A stretch of 63,851 bases of DNA, counting the filler, from Lenisia limosa (lineage: Eukaryota; Protista; Breviatea), in the NCBI GenBank assembly GCA_001655205.1. It is 8 parts of 8 records of this genome, joined end to end, with 100 filler letters (N's around TTAATTAATTAA, not from the genome) between each part and the next. Parts side by side here need not be neighbours in the genome. Positions count along the whole stretch, not along the records: positions 23,079 to 26,572 come from LPNZ01011091.1; positions 26,673 to 33,140 come from LPNZ01010643.1; positions 33,241 to 53,305 come from LPNZ01002415.1; 5 more parts are not named here. The stretch is one strand, 5' to 3'. Made by a program: the position numbers and the translations under genes. The notes under the pieces are model-generated. The model saw only the letters and a list, made by a program, of their open reading frames with translations. It was not told where the DNA came from and made no database searches. Positions 24,597 through 36,800 of the stretch are shown here, piece after piece; the first letter of the stretch is position 1, and each line of letters begins with the position of its first letter.

Positions 24597-26530
24597 ATGG
24601 TGAGGTTCTTCGTGCCTTCTACCCCTTTGTCTTTCTCTTTCCCACTCCTGAATCCGTTTATGATGACTATAAGTGATATTGGAGGACTTTATTTGTTTCC
24701 TTTTGCCTGTCGTTGACTTGCGCCCTCTCTTCATCTGGATCATGCTTTTGGAATCACAATTCTGTCGCCTCTCATACTGTAGTTTAAGAAGGCCACTCGC
24801 ATGATTGACAGCCACACTGGCGGACACAAAGGTTTGCTTCTCTTCATTCTCCTTCTTGTCTCTCTATCCACTTGATCATATTGTCTCTAAAGCTTATGGC
24901 TTCTGGCAGTCAGTGTATTGATTAAAATAAGAGTGTTGCTTGAACTTGATTTTCACAAATTATTGTTTTTTCGTTACCACTACCACAAACCCCAAGTTTT
25001 TGAATCATTATATAACCATATTGAATCATCGCTAGAACCATCTTCACAACCAACCAACGCCACCACTCAAGGAAATCACTATATCTCCCTGTGGATTGTA
25101 TCATGTTTCCCTGTAATTTTATCGTTTATCATATTTCCCTGTGATTTTACCATAACACAGATATTGGCGCCGCAATTGAGTCGGGTCACAACCTCGTGTC
25201 ATGTCTGAAGAGCCTTGTCCAGCGCACCCACGCCGCCGTTGGCACTCTTTGCAGTGTCATTACGCCCCTAAACCCCGCGTTCCAGCCCCATCTTCAGCAG
25301 GTGGGGTATTTTGGGAAAGGAAGTTGCCTCTGTAACACTGCATCCCACTTTCAAGAGTTGCAAAAGCCAAAAAGATGCTGCAAATCACCTTATAGATGAT
25401 GATGGGGGGGGGGGGGGATAAGNNNNNNNNNNNNNNNNNNNNNNNNNNNNNNNNNNNNNNNNNNNNNNNNNNNNNNNNNNNNNNNNNNNNNNNNNNNNNN
25501 NNNNNNNNNNNNNNNNNNNNNNNNNNNNNNNNNNNNNNNNNNNNNNNNNNNNNNNNNNNNNNNNNNNNNNNNNNNNNNNNNNNNNNNNNNNNNNNNNNNN
25601 NNNNNNNNNNNNNNNNNNNNNNNNNNNNNNNNNCCTCTCATCTAGACATTTATTATCAAAGTCAATTTTTCTCAGAAACCATATCTGGCTTTTTTGACCA
25701 ATTCATACATATAGCGACTCAACCTGTTTCAACTTATCGCGGGACTTGGATTAATTTGTCTTCTGATTTTTTTTTTTTTTCGAGAATTAATTTATTTTCT
25801 CTGACAAATTTGCTCTTCATTCATATCATTCATAGCATCGCAAACCGTTTCAATCTCACTCCTAAACCAAACCTGACATTCAGATAAACTTGCCCGTGAA
25901 ATGGTCGCGGCTGAGAAGCGCGCCGCTAAGGCTGGGGCAGCCACCAAGGAGGCCGCGATTAACACGTAGGGGGGGGGNNNNNNNNNNNNNNNNNNNNNNN
26001 NNNNNNNNNNNNNNNNNNNNNNNNNNNNNNNNNNNNNNNNNNNNNNNNNNNNNNNNNNNNNNNNNNNNNNNNNNNNNNNNNNNNNNNNNNNNNNNTGAGG
26101 GGCTTCCCTTCGGAAGCCCTAATGATAAACTCGTATCGCTGGAGACGCATTGAGTTAACATGTGTGTATTTATGCATATATGTGTGTGTTTGTGTGTATG
26201 CGTGCTGTGTGTGTCGGTATATGTGTGTCTTTTTTCATGTATTTTTTAACATTGTAGATATGAAATGGTGAAGGCCCAGTTCGAGGCTGCCCGTGCCGAA
26301 GAGTGGAATGTGGGAGGGGGGTATGGAATGTGTTTGTATGTGATCAGTACCTCCCCCTCCCACCCCACGTATTTGATTTTGGGCTTCTTTTTTTTTGTTT
26401 CATAATTTTTCCATTTTACACCCCCAGTCAACCCCCCTCCACCTTGCCCACTACATGAGAACCTACGTCAAGGCATCGCGCTTCTACCACACCACTGCCT
26501 GTCAAGTCCTCGAGAAGGAAGAGCAACTGG
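24597..26530 (+). CDS. Probable BAR-domain (endophilin-like) protein, 3' truncated
   Basis: Spliced M|FKKATRMIDSHTGGHK...DKLAREMVAAEKRAAKAG...YRWRRIEYEMVKAQFEAARAEEW...LAHYMRTYVKASRFYHTTACQVLEKEEQL. All-helical, resembling the BAR 'RRLDYDA.K' and 'QL.YH..A..IL' helices. Confidence 0.45.
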
Positions 26531-26672
26531 GTGAGTTCAAAGAAGATCATCTCCGTCGATACGTATAATTACNNNNNNNNNNNNNNNNNNNNNNNNNNNN
26601 NNNNNNNNNNNNNNNNTTAATTAATTAANNNNNNNNNNNNNNNNNNNNNNNNNNNNNNNNNNNNNNNNNNNN

Positions 26673-28423
26673 CAAGTGACTATTCTTTTGAAATTCCTCA
26701 TTCCACCTTTATTAAGGCGTTTGAGAGGTATGATTCTTTGGTGGAAGCTTCTGTAAAATCCGGGGAAACAAATGGTCGCTTTGATTTAATTGACTTGAAA
26801 AAAGGAAGAAAAGGGATTCTAAAAGAAACAAGAAAAGTTGTTGTGGATGTTGCAAAAGGATAGAAAAAGGTTTGAATCTTGCTCTTTGTGATAGTTTACT
26901 CTTTAGCATGATATGAAAACTCATGTTTCCCAATTGGTAAGAAAATTGAAGGAAAGTGACGAAGATGGAAGAGAAAGTGCGACCATTGTGAGACAACAGC
27001 TGAAGGACCTTGTTGAATCTTCAAATTTAGACCGAAACCGTCAAATGGCTACCCAGGTATGCTTCATTTTTGATAATCATCATATTTTCAGCTTTTAAAC
27101 AAACCTTTGAATGCAGTTCAGGCAAATAAACTATCAAACTATCTGTCGACCGTTTATCTGAGTCAGTTCCTGATTTCGTCATTGATAATAACAAATTGCA
27201 TTTATGTCTGATAAATGGGAAGGTGTCAGGAATAAACCGCTAGCGTTAGCAGTGTCCATTTCTTCTATGACAGGTCAAGTTGTCGGTCCCCCCATTATCA
27301 TCGGAGGAGATTACTGCCAAAAGCTGAAAATCGTGGGCCTGTAGTATTTAATCCCCCTGCTATTCCGCTATGCTTTGGATTAAATCCTCTGATGAAGGAA
27401 ATGATTAAGATGATCAATGAAACTGACCATTCTCCTCAGAATATGTATCTACCCTCCCTGAAACAACTGCAATTGCAAGGAATTATGGAATGTATGTGGT
27501 TGTAATCAATTTAAGTTCTTATTTTACAACGAAATCTTTCCTCATGGGTCTTCATCTTATGGCCAAAACCTACAATTCTTCTCCAAGCAGTCCTTTTCTT
27601 GTAATTGGGGACAACGCACGTATTCATGTATACTATTTTGACTTTTTTTTAGTCTTGCACCGCTTTCTTGCGTGATGGTATCATTTTGGCAATGGAACCC
27701 CCCTTTACTTTNNNNNNNNNNNNNNNNNNNNNNNNNNNNNNNNNNNNNNNNNNNNNNNNNNNNNNNTGGAGGAGATTACTGCCTCTCAAAGGCTGAAAAT
27801 CATTGCGTCTTCTTTGAAGTAACCTTCCTTTAAGACAATTCAAAGTTCTCAATTGGAGTGTGGATATGCCAGGCCTTCCAAAATTTATGGAAAAGCCCTC
27901 TCTTTCTGGTACTATTGAGTTTAAAAAATCAATCCAGTTACTAAAATCAGGAGAAGACTTGGCACCCGATCAAGCAATTGGACTTCAAGCAAGAGCTGCG
28001 GTCAAAATGGATTCAAGGATTGAACATCTGAATGGAAAGGAACGATCTTATCTTGAAGGTGCAGCTGCAGGACTTGCTGTTTCTCTATTACGAAACCNNN
28101 NNNNNNNCTGTGGATATTCGCAAAGGGCTTTGATCCTCTACTTGTCAAAATTGAAAAGTTTCAAAAGGGTGCTGTTTATTGACCGTCAACTGATGATTAT
28201 CCCAAGGTCACACCCTTATTTACGAGCACTCTTCAACTCTACAAACATGAATGCACCTACAGAAGTGCCAAATCTCTATTTGGCGGTGCCAGGCCTTCCA
28301 AAATTCATGGCTCTTTCTGATACTATTGAGTTTAGAAAATCAATCCAGTTACTAAAATCAGGAAAAGACTTGGCACCCGATCAAGCAATTGGACTTCAAG
28401 CAAGAGCTGCGGTCAAAATGGAT
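26673..28423 (+). pseudogene. Degenerate, internally duplicated coding-like sequence of unknown family
   Basis: Protein-like stretches broken by stops and frameshifts. 27868-28017 is duplicated at about 28287-28423 (PGLPKFM...IEF(K/R)KSIQLLKSG(E/K)DLAPDQAIGLQARAAVKMD), and GGAGGAGATTACTGCC...GCTGAAAATC occurs at about 27303 and 27768. Confidence 0.45.
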
Positions 28424-28434
28424 TNNNNNNNNNN

Positions 28435-29676
28435 AAGCCCGGCAAACAGGTGGGGTGATGGAGGGATATTGACATTATTATAAAATGATATGGGTATTAC
28501 TGTATATTGTATGATAGGATATACTATGATGCTCAATGATAGACATGATTGATAGCAATCATGTGTGGAGACGGGGGGATTTCGAGGAACCTGGCAGAAC
28601 ACAAAATGCCAAATAATCTTGATAAAGTTCAACACATAGCTCTTCCTGTTTCCAGCGTGTTGGTGTGGACGGCTTTGGTCAGATACACCTTAGCTTTGTT
28701 TCTCATCTTTATCTTTATGTTTCGCCATTGGATGCCTTCTTTTAACCCCTCCCTCCCCTCATCATATCATATACATTTCCTTCACCCTCCCCTGCAGCTT
28801 CGGCCTAATGGACGGGGGGCTGGATTTGTATCTCAAAAAGTACTTCGGCTTCCAGATGGAAACGCTTATCCAAGGTATGGGAACTTAACCAAGGTATATT
28901 GTCTGTGTATAGGAACTACAAAACTCTCCAATGCTGCATATTTGTGTTGTGTGCCCTTCCCTTCCCCACCTGAATTGATTCTGTTTTTCTTTCTCATAAA
29001 TTGTCCAATTTTACTCCCCCTTCAATTCGTACCTTGATCATTCAGATCACATCCGAAGCTTTTACTCAGGGAACCAGCCGGTGGGGTCGGCGTTTGTTTC
29101 CTATACTTTGTAAGCTGGCGGGTCTATATGACAGAATATTATCTATTACATATGATAGAGTATGTCCTCAATGTTTCTCTTGTATTAATTGCAACTGCAC
29201 AATCTGTCAATTCACTCAAATCCCCCCGTCATGCATTATAGCAATGATGACCATCCCTTCATTGTACACGCACCAACGATGAGAACTCCCTCCAAAACTG
29301 AGGGGCCTGAGGGCTATCTTGCAATGAAGGTGTTTGGGGGTTATCTTGTGACGAAGGTTGGTCACACTCAAACGGAGTAAAGATCAATCTTTTTATGATA
29401 TTCAATACCTATATATTTTCTTGTTCCCAAAACAAAAAGCACTCACGCCATAGGCGATCTTGGAAGCAGTGGAAGCGGTCAACAAGAAGCAAGCCAAAGT
29501 GATTGGTTGGCCTGAAGTGGGGGGGGGGGTTAGAAGAAGATTGAAGGTTTTATTTTGTATTTTCTCTCAATTTTGTAATCTTGACACATGATTTTAGGAC
29601 AAGCCAATTCCTCACATCAAAACTGTTCTCACAGCAGGACTATGCACCACGACTGGCAAACTCTCCCCTTATAGAG
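28435..29676 (+). CDS. Macro-domain (ADP-ribose binding/processing) protein, partial
   Basis: Spliced SPAN|SFGLMDGGLDLYLKKYFGFQMETLIQ|DHIRSFYSGNQPVG...HPFIVHAPTMRTP...YLAMK|AILEAV...KTVLTAGLCTTTGKLSP follows the SPANSFG.MDGG.D / APTMR.P / PGL.TG.G macro-domain pattern. Confidence 0.85.
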
Positions 29677-31199
29677 TAAGTCCTAATTGAATCCTCTGAA
29701 TACGCCAATAATCTTCATCGAAATTACCTCATTTCCATTTACCCCCCCCCCNNNNNNNNNNNNNNNNNNNNNNNNNNNNNNNNNNNNNNNNNNNNNNNNN
29801 NNNNNNNNNNNNNNNNNNNNNNNNNNNNNNNNNCAAGGTCAAGGGTGTTTCAACAAGAAAATAGCAATCTGGGGATAAACCTGAAGAACTTGACGTCAGG
29901 GTTGGGAAACCATAAAACGAAAGTATCATTATGTCTGGAACTGTGAATGGTTTGTCTTTCGGAGCAGGGGTATAGAACAACCGCCTTGGTATTGAATACA
30001 ATTAGTACATATAACTATGGATATTGGGGGGGTCCTCCAAAATATCCGTATTGAATATATTGCAGAAGTAAGCTCTGTGCGCAAAGTTGGGTGAGTTACA
30101 ATATAAATCTCATGACGTGATATCGTTGCGCCCAGACTTGTTTATTTCTCATCTATTATATGTAGCCGAGTTTGGGGACCTTCTATTACATCTGAGATAA
30201 CAAAGGATCTAACCCTGAAGAGCAATCCTGGAACTTATCGGAGCTGAGGGAGCGCGAAATGCTTGAAGCTGTCAACTGCCCCGTGTCAAGGACGAACGGT
30301 CATTGTTCTCCGCTCTAACTTATAAATAGTATAATATTATATCAAAACGTTTCATTCATCCTCTTAAAAAAATATAAAATTTTAATCATACATTATTACA
30401 CATCTCATAGTCTATCTTTCAGAATTCCAATTCGACGATCAAGACTCCCTTAAGAATGTTTCAAAGGTATAAGGAGAACGTATTAACGGAAGAGGCTTTT
30501 TTTTTGTTTTCTTGAAATTTTTTGAAGTTTTAAGTTTCCATGCTACAGTCTTCCATTCATATAATACAATCTGATTGGGGGAAGGTATGTATCCCTCCCT
30601 ATATCTGCCACACGAGTATTATGGAGAAATTGGTGCCAAATGGGGGTATTGCGTTGAAACTGGATTCCAGATACAAGCGAAAAAGACAGCATAAATTGAT
30701 ATAAGAAACATCTGCCAAAACAAACCATCAAAAAAACAAAAAAAAAACAAACCAGCCCTCTCTCTTCATCGTCTTTCAGGGTCGAGATTACTGCTACTTG
30801 CAGCCTCAGTCTTTCCCTCGAGGTCCGCTTTCGAGAGGGGCTCCTCAGGTACTGCTAAGGGTGAGAAGTGTCAGAAGTATTGGTTGTCTTCGAAGAAGGG
30901 CACTCACTTCGGCTATTATATCATTCTTGAGCTTTATCCTGTTGGAAGCGACAGGATTCATTGAAATTCCGTCACTTTATAGTATAACGATACAACCGAC
31001 TTCCTAGTCGAAATAATGAAGAATAAGACGTTTTATCTCAGGTAAGATGAGGCCAATATTGATAACATGAGTAAAATGAAAAAAAAAACAAGATCGTAAA
31101 CTGAACCACTATTGCATCATTACAAAAATTTCGCTTTTTATATGTAATTTTGTTTAATGGTATCTATTTTCTTTCATATGAAGCTACGAAAAGCCCCGA

Positions 31200-33140
31200 A
31201 CCTGAGGGCTCTTTCTCTACTTGAGGAGGTTGGTCAGCCAGGTCTTCGCTTTCGCTGTGAGAGAGTTTACCCCCCTCCCCTGAAGGAATTAAATAATCAT
31301 GACGTTACAATGTCATTATAAAAAAAAGTGATAAGCATCTATATTATACTAAAAGTCTGTGATCCAATATCTCGTATGGTGACGAGGGCTTCGGCCACAA
31401 GGCACCTTGTATTATCTCTCATCTCTACATATCTAGCCTGAAAATGAGCCCAAGATGGTGGATAAAGGAAAGGGTTCCACAAAAAAACCATCCAAATTCC
31501 TTCCAACCTTGGGAGGGGGTGTCATGAAAGGGAGGCGAATCCGCGGGGGGTGGGTGCTGCAGAATTAGAAAAACCAAGCAATAATATAGCATCTCTCCTC
31601 TGACAGTACGCCAGAACATCAATCCTTACCCAGCCCTTCATCATCCACCCCTTCATCATCATTACCGACCTCTTCATCATTCTTATCCGGCAGAGGCGTC
31701 AACTTAGGCCGCCACACCACCCTCTCCTTCAGGTGCGCTGAGAGATTTCGGAAGAACGGTGAGAATTTCGCAAAGGCTCCCTGGGGTAGGGTAAATGGAG
31801 AATATCATACGGACGAAAAAACGAGTGAAAATTGCATTTCTGTGTACATGTAGTATATGATATATCAGAAAATATCTATACTATATCAATATGATATATT
31901 ATAGTATTAATTAAAAAAAGGTGTAATTTTCATTTGTTTACTCCCCGCCCCAACAGATTCATTTGGCAGGTCCTCAACATGCGCAAAAGGCTCAAATAGG
32001 GCTTTTTGGTGGACTGACAGGTTCCTGGGGGTGAGAAGGGGTCTTTGAGTTGAATGAAGAAAATGCTTTATTAGGATATATCCACATTTAAAGAAAACCG
32101 AGTCCCTTGAGAAGCACTCTTGTGGATTCGTCAATATTCTTGGAGGATTTATTTTGTTTATATCTACTACATTTATCCAGTAATTATCGAGGATATGCAG
32201 TATTTATATTTATCGGGGATTTATCGGGGATTTATCGAGGATTTATCGAGACACACAGCCATACCCCCCCCCCCNNNNNNNNNNNNNNNNNNNNNNNNNN
32301 NNNNNNNNNNNNNNNNNNNNNNNNNNNNNNNNNNNNNNNNNNNNNNNNNNNNNNNNNNNNNNNNNNTGGGGCCCTCCACTATAAGGTCAGTTCTATCCGT
32401 ATTTCTGAGAGCAATTAATTGTAATCAAAAGGTCTAAAATGGCGTTCCCGTGTAATATGTCCCACGTCAAAAATTATAATTCATTTCAAAATTCCCAATC
32501 TCTCCACAAGTAGTTGGAACTCTATCATCACCCCCTCCCCCCAACTCAGGGCAGCGTATGCCACGCCGACGCAACACGCGCATTTCATCAGGCTGTGTGC
32601 CGGCAGCAACCTGCGGGGGGGGGGAAGTTGAGGGAGAGAGAGATGTAAGCTGACTTTACTGAGCCTTGGTGTGTTAATGATAATAGTCTATTACTGGCAC
32701 CACACCCACTTTCATGTCAAAGTCACCGGTCAACGTTGGAACCTTCACTGCTCCTCCAAGAACGGCTAAAGAGAATTAGGCAAGTGGCATAATCAACACT
32801 CCGACAAATCAGTTCTTGCTTTTGAGGAAATTGATTGAAATTTGAAAAAAGAAGTTGCTTACTTCCCACCGGTCCAAAAAAAACCGGTGAAAATTAAAAT
32901 ATATTTCTCAAGGTTTTATCGACATTTTCAGTCAATTTGTCAAACAAAGATAAAACCTTGTGCCTCGGATTGTCGAAAAAAACAGAATATACAAAAAAAA
33001 ACACTGTAAAACATATATAATAAAAAAAATAATAATAATAAAAAAAAAACGCAAGTAAGTTCATAATTTGTTCCGTATGACACTTCTTACCAAGGCTGAG
33101 AGTGAGCGGAACCTCGACTGTCACGTGCTTTCCGTCTCTG
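31200..33140 (-). CDS. DnaJ/Hsp40 co-chaperone C-terminal region, 5' truncated
   Basis: Exons RDGKHVTVEVPLTLSL|AVLGGAVKVPTLTGDFDMK|VAAGTQPDEMRVLRRRGIRCP match the DnaJ C-terminal domain. The acidic exons at 31200-31790 may or may not belong to it. Confidence 0.75.
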
Positions 33141-33240
33141 NNNNNNNNNNNNNNNNNNNNNNNNNNNNNNNNNNNNNNNNNNNNTTAATTAATTAANNNN
33201 NNNNNNNNNNNNNNNNNNNNNNNNNNNNNNNNNNNNNNNN

Positions 33241-33334
<94 letters not shown>

Positions 33335-33829
33335 GTTTGCCCCCTTTTTTATTTTGATTTTTTTGAAACATCACTTATTTCCATTTGTAATAATTCAGGT
33401 TTCCATCACATTTTTCTTCTTCGTGCTAGTCAATTGTGTGAGGAGTCTACAGCCTTTGTAGCATCGTCTTGTAACCCTTTCTTTGTCTTCCTAGTTCTTG
33501 TTTCTCTCTGTTTCCCCAGTTTTCTGTTTCTCTTTTCTTTGTTACTATGACCGCTCAGGCTTGTGTGTACCCCCCGATTGGCAAATGCACTCTTCCTTTT
33601 CAAAAAAAGCTGGAATAAATACTATCAGAAATCAGTAACAATTGAAATGACTAGCAGGGGGGGTTTTGTGGGGACTGAGCAGACCAAGCGTCTCTCTTGT
33701 CACAGGGCGTGGTGGGATCTTGTGTCTATTGTGTGAGCTCACACAAAATGGCAAAATTTGCATTATGTGGACACAACGCTCAGGTTTGTCAAAGATATTG
33801 ATTATTTGGCATTGACTTACAGATAGGGG

Positions 33830-36800
33830 GGATAAGGGCTCCTGGTCCTGGCGAACTGCCTCAGCAGGTAGGCTTGGAGACGTGGAAATGGGCAGGCTCC
33901 TCTGGGCACTACTGATGATGAGTCAAATATCAGGATAGTTGGGTGTGAAATGTTATGAACAAAGGGGATGAACATCTTTTGGACAGACGAGTGATGAGTG
34001 AAAACACCAACCTGGATTCATGGAGGTTGGCGGTTGTTCTAAGTATGGCAGGACCTGAAAGATGAAATAAGGGGATTACAACGGCAGCAGCTGTTATTAT
34101 TGCTGATATAATCTGGATATAATGTCATTTGAACTCCAGAATATCAAAAAAACGCAACAAAAGGATATCATTACTGAGCCACAATTCGCCCACTCCACAT
34201 ACCTCCACCATGAGCGCTTTGGAGATAGTTCCAGACCACAGGAGTAATGGCTTGATAATGGCTAAAAGCATAAATCATCTTGATGTGGTACATAGATATA
34301 TCATATCAGAAATTATACTATCATATATATTGTGCATCATTCCGATCCGATCCCGAATAGGATCGGATCGGATCGGTTCATTTTAATAAAATGCTTTGGA
34401 CGGATCGGATTGGATCGGATCGGCTGGGACAGTTGGGAAATATATTTTTTAAGTGAAAATCAAAGGTATATTATATTAATTTTATGTGTTTTATCTCTGT
34501 GTATTCAAATTAATATTGCCAAAATCAAATATTTGAACAGCTATCCTTCCAAAACATGCAATAGCTTTTTTTTTTTTTTTTTTTTTTTNNNNNNNNNNNN
34601 NNNNNNNNNNNNNNNNNNNNNNNNNNNNNNNNNNNNNNNNNNNNNNNNNNNNNNNNNNNNNNNNNNNNNNNNNNNNNNNNNNNNNNNNNNNNNNNNNNNN
34701 NNNNNNNNNTCCCGGATCGGTTCACGGTGATGGAGATTCCTAAAGAAATATACAATGTAACAAAACAAAGATATTGAAGGGTTTTGGGGCATCCTACATT
34801 TTGTTCTTCATTTTGGCCTTGGGGTAGCCTTCCTTGTTGAAGAGCTCGTGGTTTGAGATAGGCCCTGGCTCTGGAACGTCGTCCTTCCCGTCAATGTACT
34901 TTTGCCAGCGCCGCAACCAAGGAATGGAAATAAGATTCACGTTCGAGCTCGCCTGAATCATCAAACAAGTATTCCAGGTGTGATCCCCAGAAACAGAATA
35001 AAAGGCGGTCATATCAATTGCAAAAAGATTCTACAAGCCCGGCCCACTTCCCGTCGTTGGGCCGCCTCAATTTCTCGTTTCTCTCTTTCTCTTCTTTTGT
35101 TGTGGTTCTGCTGCATTAAACCAACACAGACATTTACAAAGAAGAATATTCAGCTGTCATTTGATAGTAAAATCTAAACAGAAACATGTAACACTTACCA
35201 GGCACATCTGGCAGTCTGTGATTTCGGTGACTTCCCTATCGTAGTTGTACTCCTGGCAAAGGACCTTCCACACTGATTCCGGAACTTCCACAGTCTTGCA
35301 GAGTTAAAACAGTTAATAACATGAGAAGATGCGAAAGTATGGAATGAACAGCATATGTTAGATGCAAATAGAGTTTCACAGTTCAAAAAAGTTGGATTGT
35401 AAAAACTATTCGAGATTGTCGGTCGTTTAACCAAAATGAAGCTTTAGCTTGGGGACCAAAAACCCACCAATTTAGCATTTCGTTTGGAAGGACACGAGCC
35501 AACATTGTTGCCAAGATGGTTGCTAATAGAGTCAGGGAGGGGGGCTATCTTAAATAAAACGGTAGTTTGTCAGAGAAAATGCGTATCAATGTATTTTTTG
35601 GGGGTAATCATCATAGTATGATCTGTTGCCTGGAAAGAGGGAAAACTGATCAAATCATCAGGGTTGTTGTTTTTGATATGTATGATATTATATCATATGT
35701 TTACCAGAGGAAGTCGACATTTGATACTGGACCAGGGTCTGAGAACGTGCAAAGCCGATTCCACCAATGCTAAAGCGTCAGATGTAGAAATAAGAAAGAA
35801 ATAAGGTTGCATCTGCCCAAAGCAGGCCATGAAAAGGACAAATATTAATTCATATTTGCCTCAACCTACCGCCGAGACAAGGTAAGTAGGCTCCTCTTCA
35901 TTTGCTTCGAGTGACTGAATAAACATGAGATAGATTCAACAAGAAGACCAGTCGTCCATTGGCAAACCTGCTGAAGAGCCAAAGTGACTTTCTCTTTCTT
36001 TGCTTTGAGTTGGTCTGATTGCCTTCGAGAATACACTAAAATGAATGCTTCAATGTTCTTGATGTCACTGTTTGACCTGAAAGAGTAAAAACAATGTTTC
36101 AAAAAGCGGCGAAAACGGCATAACAATAAACTCGCCAACATTGGTCGAACATAAGAGTCGTTGCATTCGTACCACTGGTCAGCAACGTTGATGTAAGAAA
36201 CATAGTGACCACCTGGCATTCATTAGATGACAACAGACAAAAACACGCGCCTACCAGCCAAGGAGCCACGGTGGTTGACAATGGCAACCAAATCATATGT
36301 TGTGGAAGTGTCTAAAGAGTTATATTCTGTTCTAATAATAAGCCTGTTCATACCCTTGCTGAGTTCAGCAGTGCAATACTGCCGAATGTCAAGACCCTTG
36401 AGGGGGAATGCGATGTGCGTTGAGACTTTGTTCCCCCAGTAACTCTCATGACGAAACCTCTTCAAATGAATAGTCAAGACCTATACAATGAGAAGCCTTA
36501 TGGGGTGTTATAACAGGTATCAAATTCCTCGAAAAACGAACTTCTGGGGGTGTAGAGATCCGAAGAGCTTTTGACGACTCAGTAAATTTCTTGCAAGTCA
36601 AGCATTTGTAGCAGTTATCACCTATGCACGTGACCACAACAAAGCAGACAAACCTGTCAACGGCTCGGTCCAACAAAAGGCTTGGAGACAATGATCAAGA
36701 GTGACTTCGCTACCGGTCTTGAACCACGATGTCCATGAGGTTAAAAACGAGTACCAATTGTCATCCTTTTCATTCACATTGGAGCTGTCAGAGTTGTATG

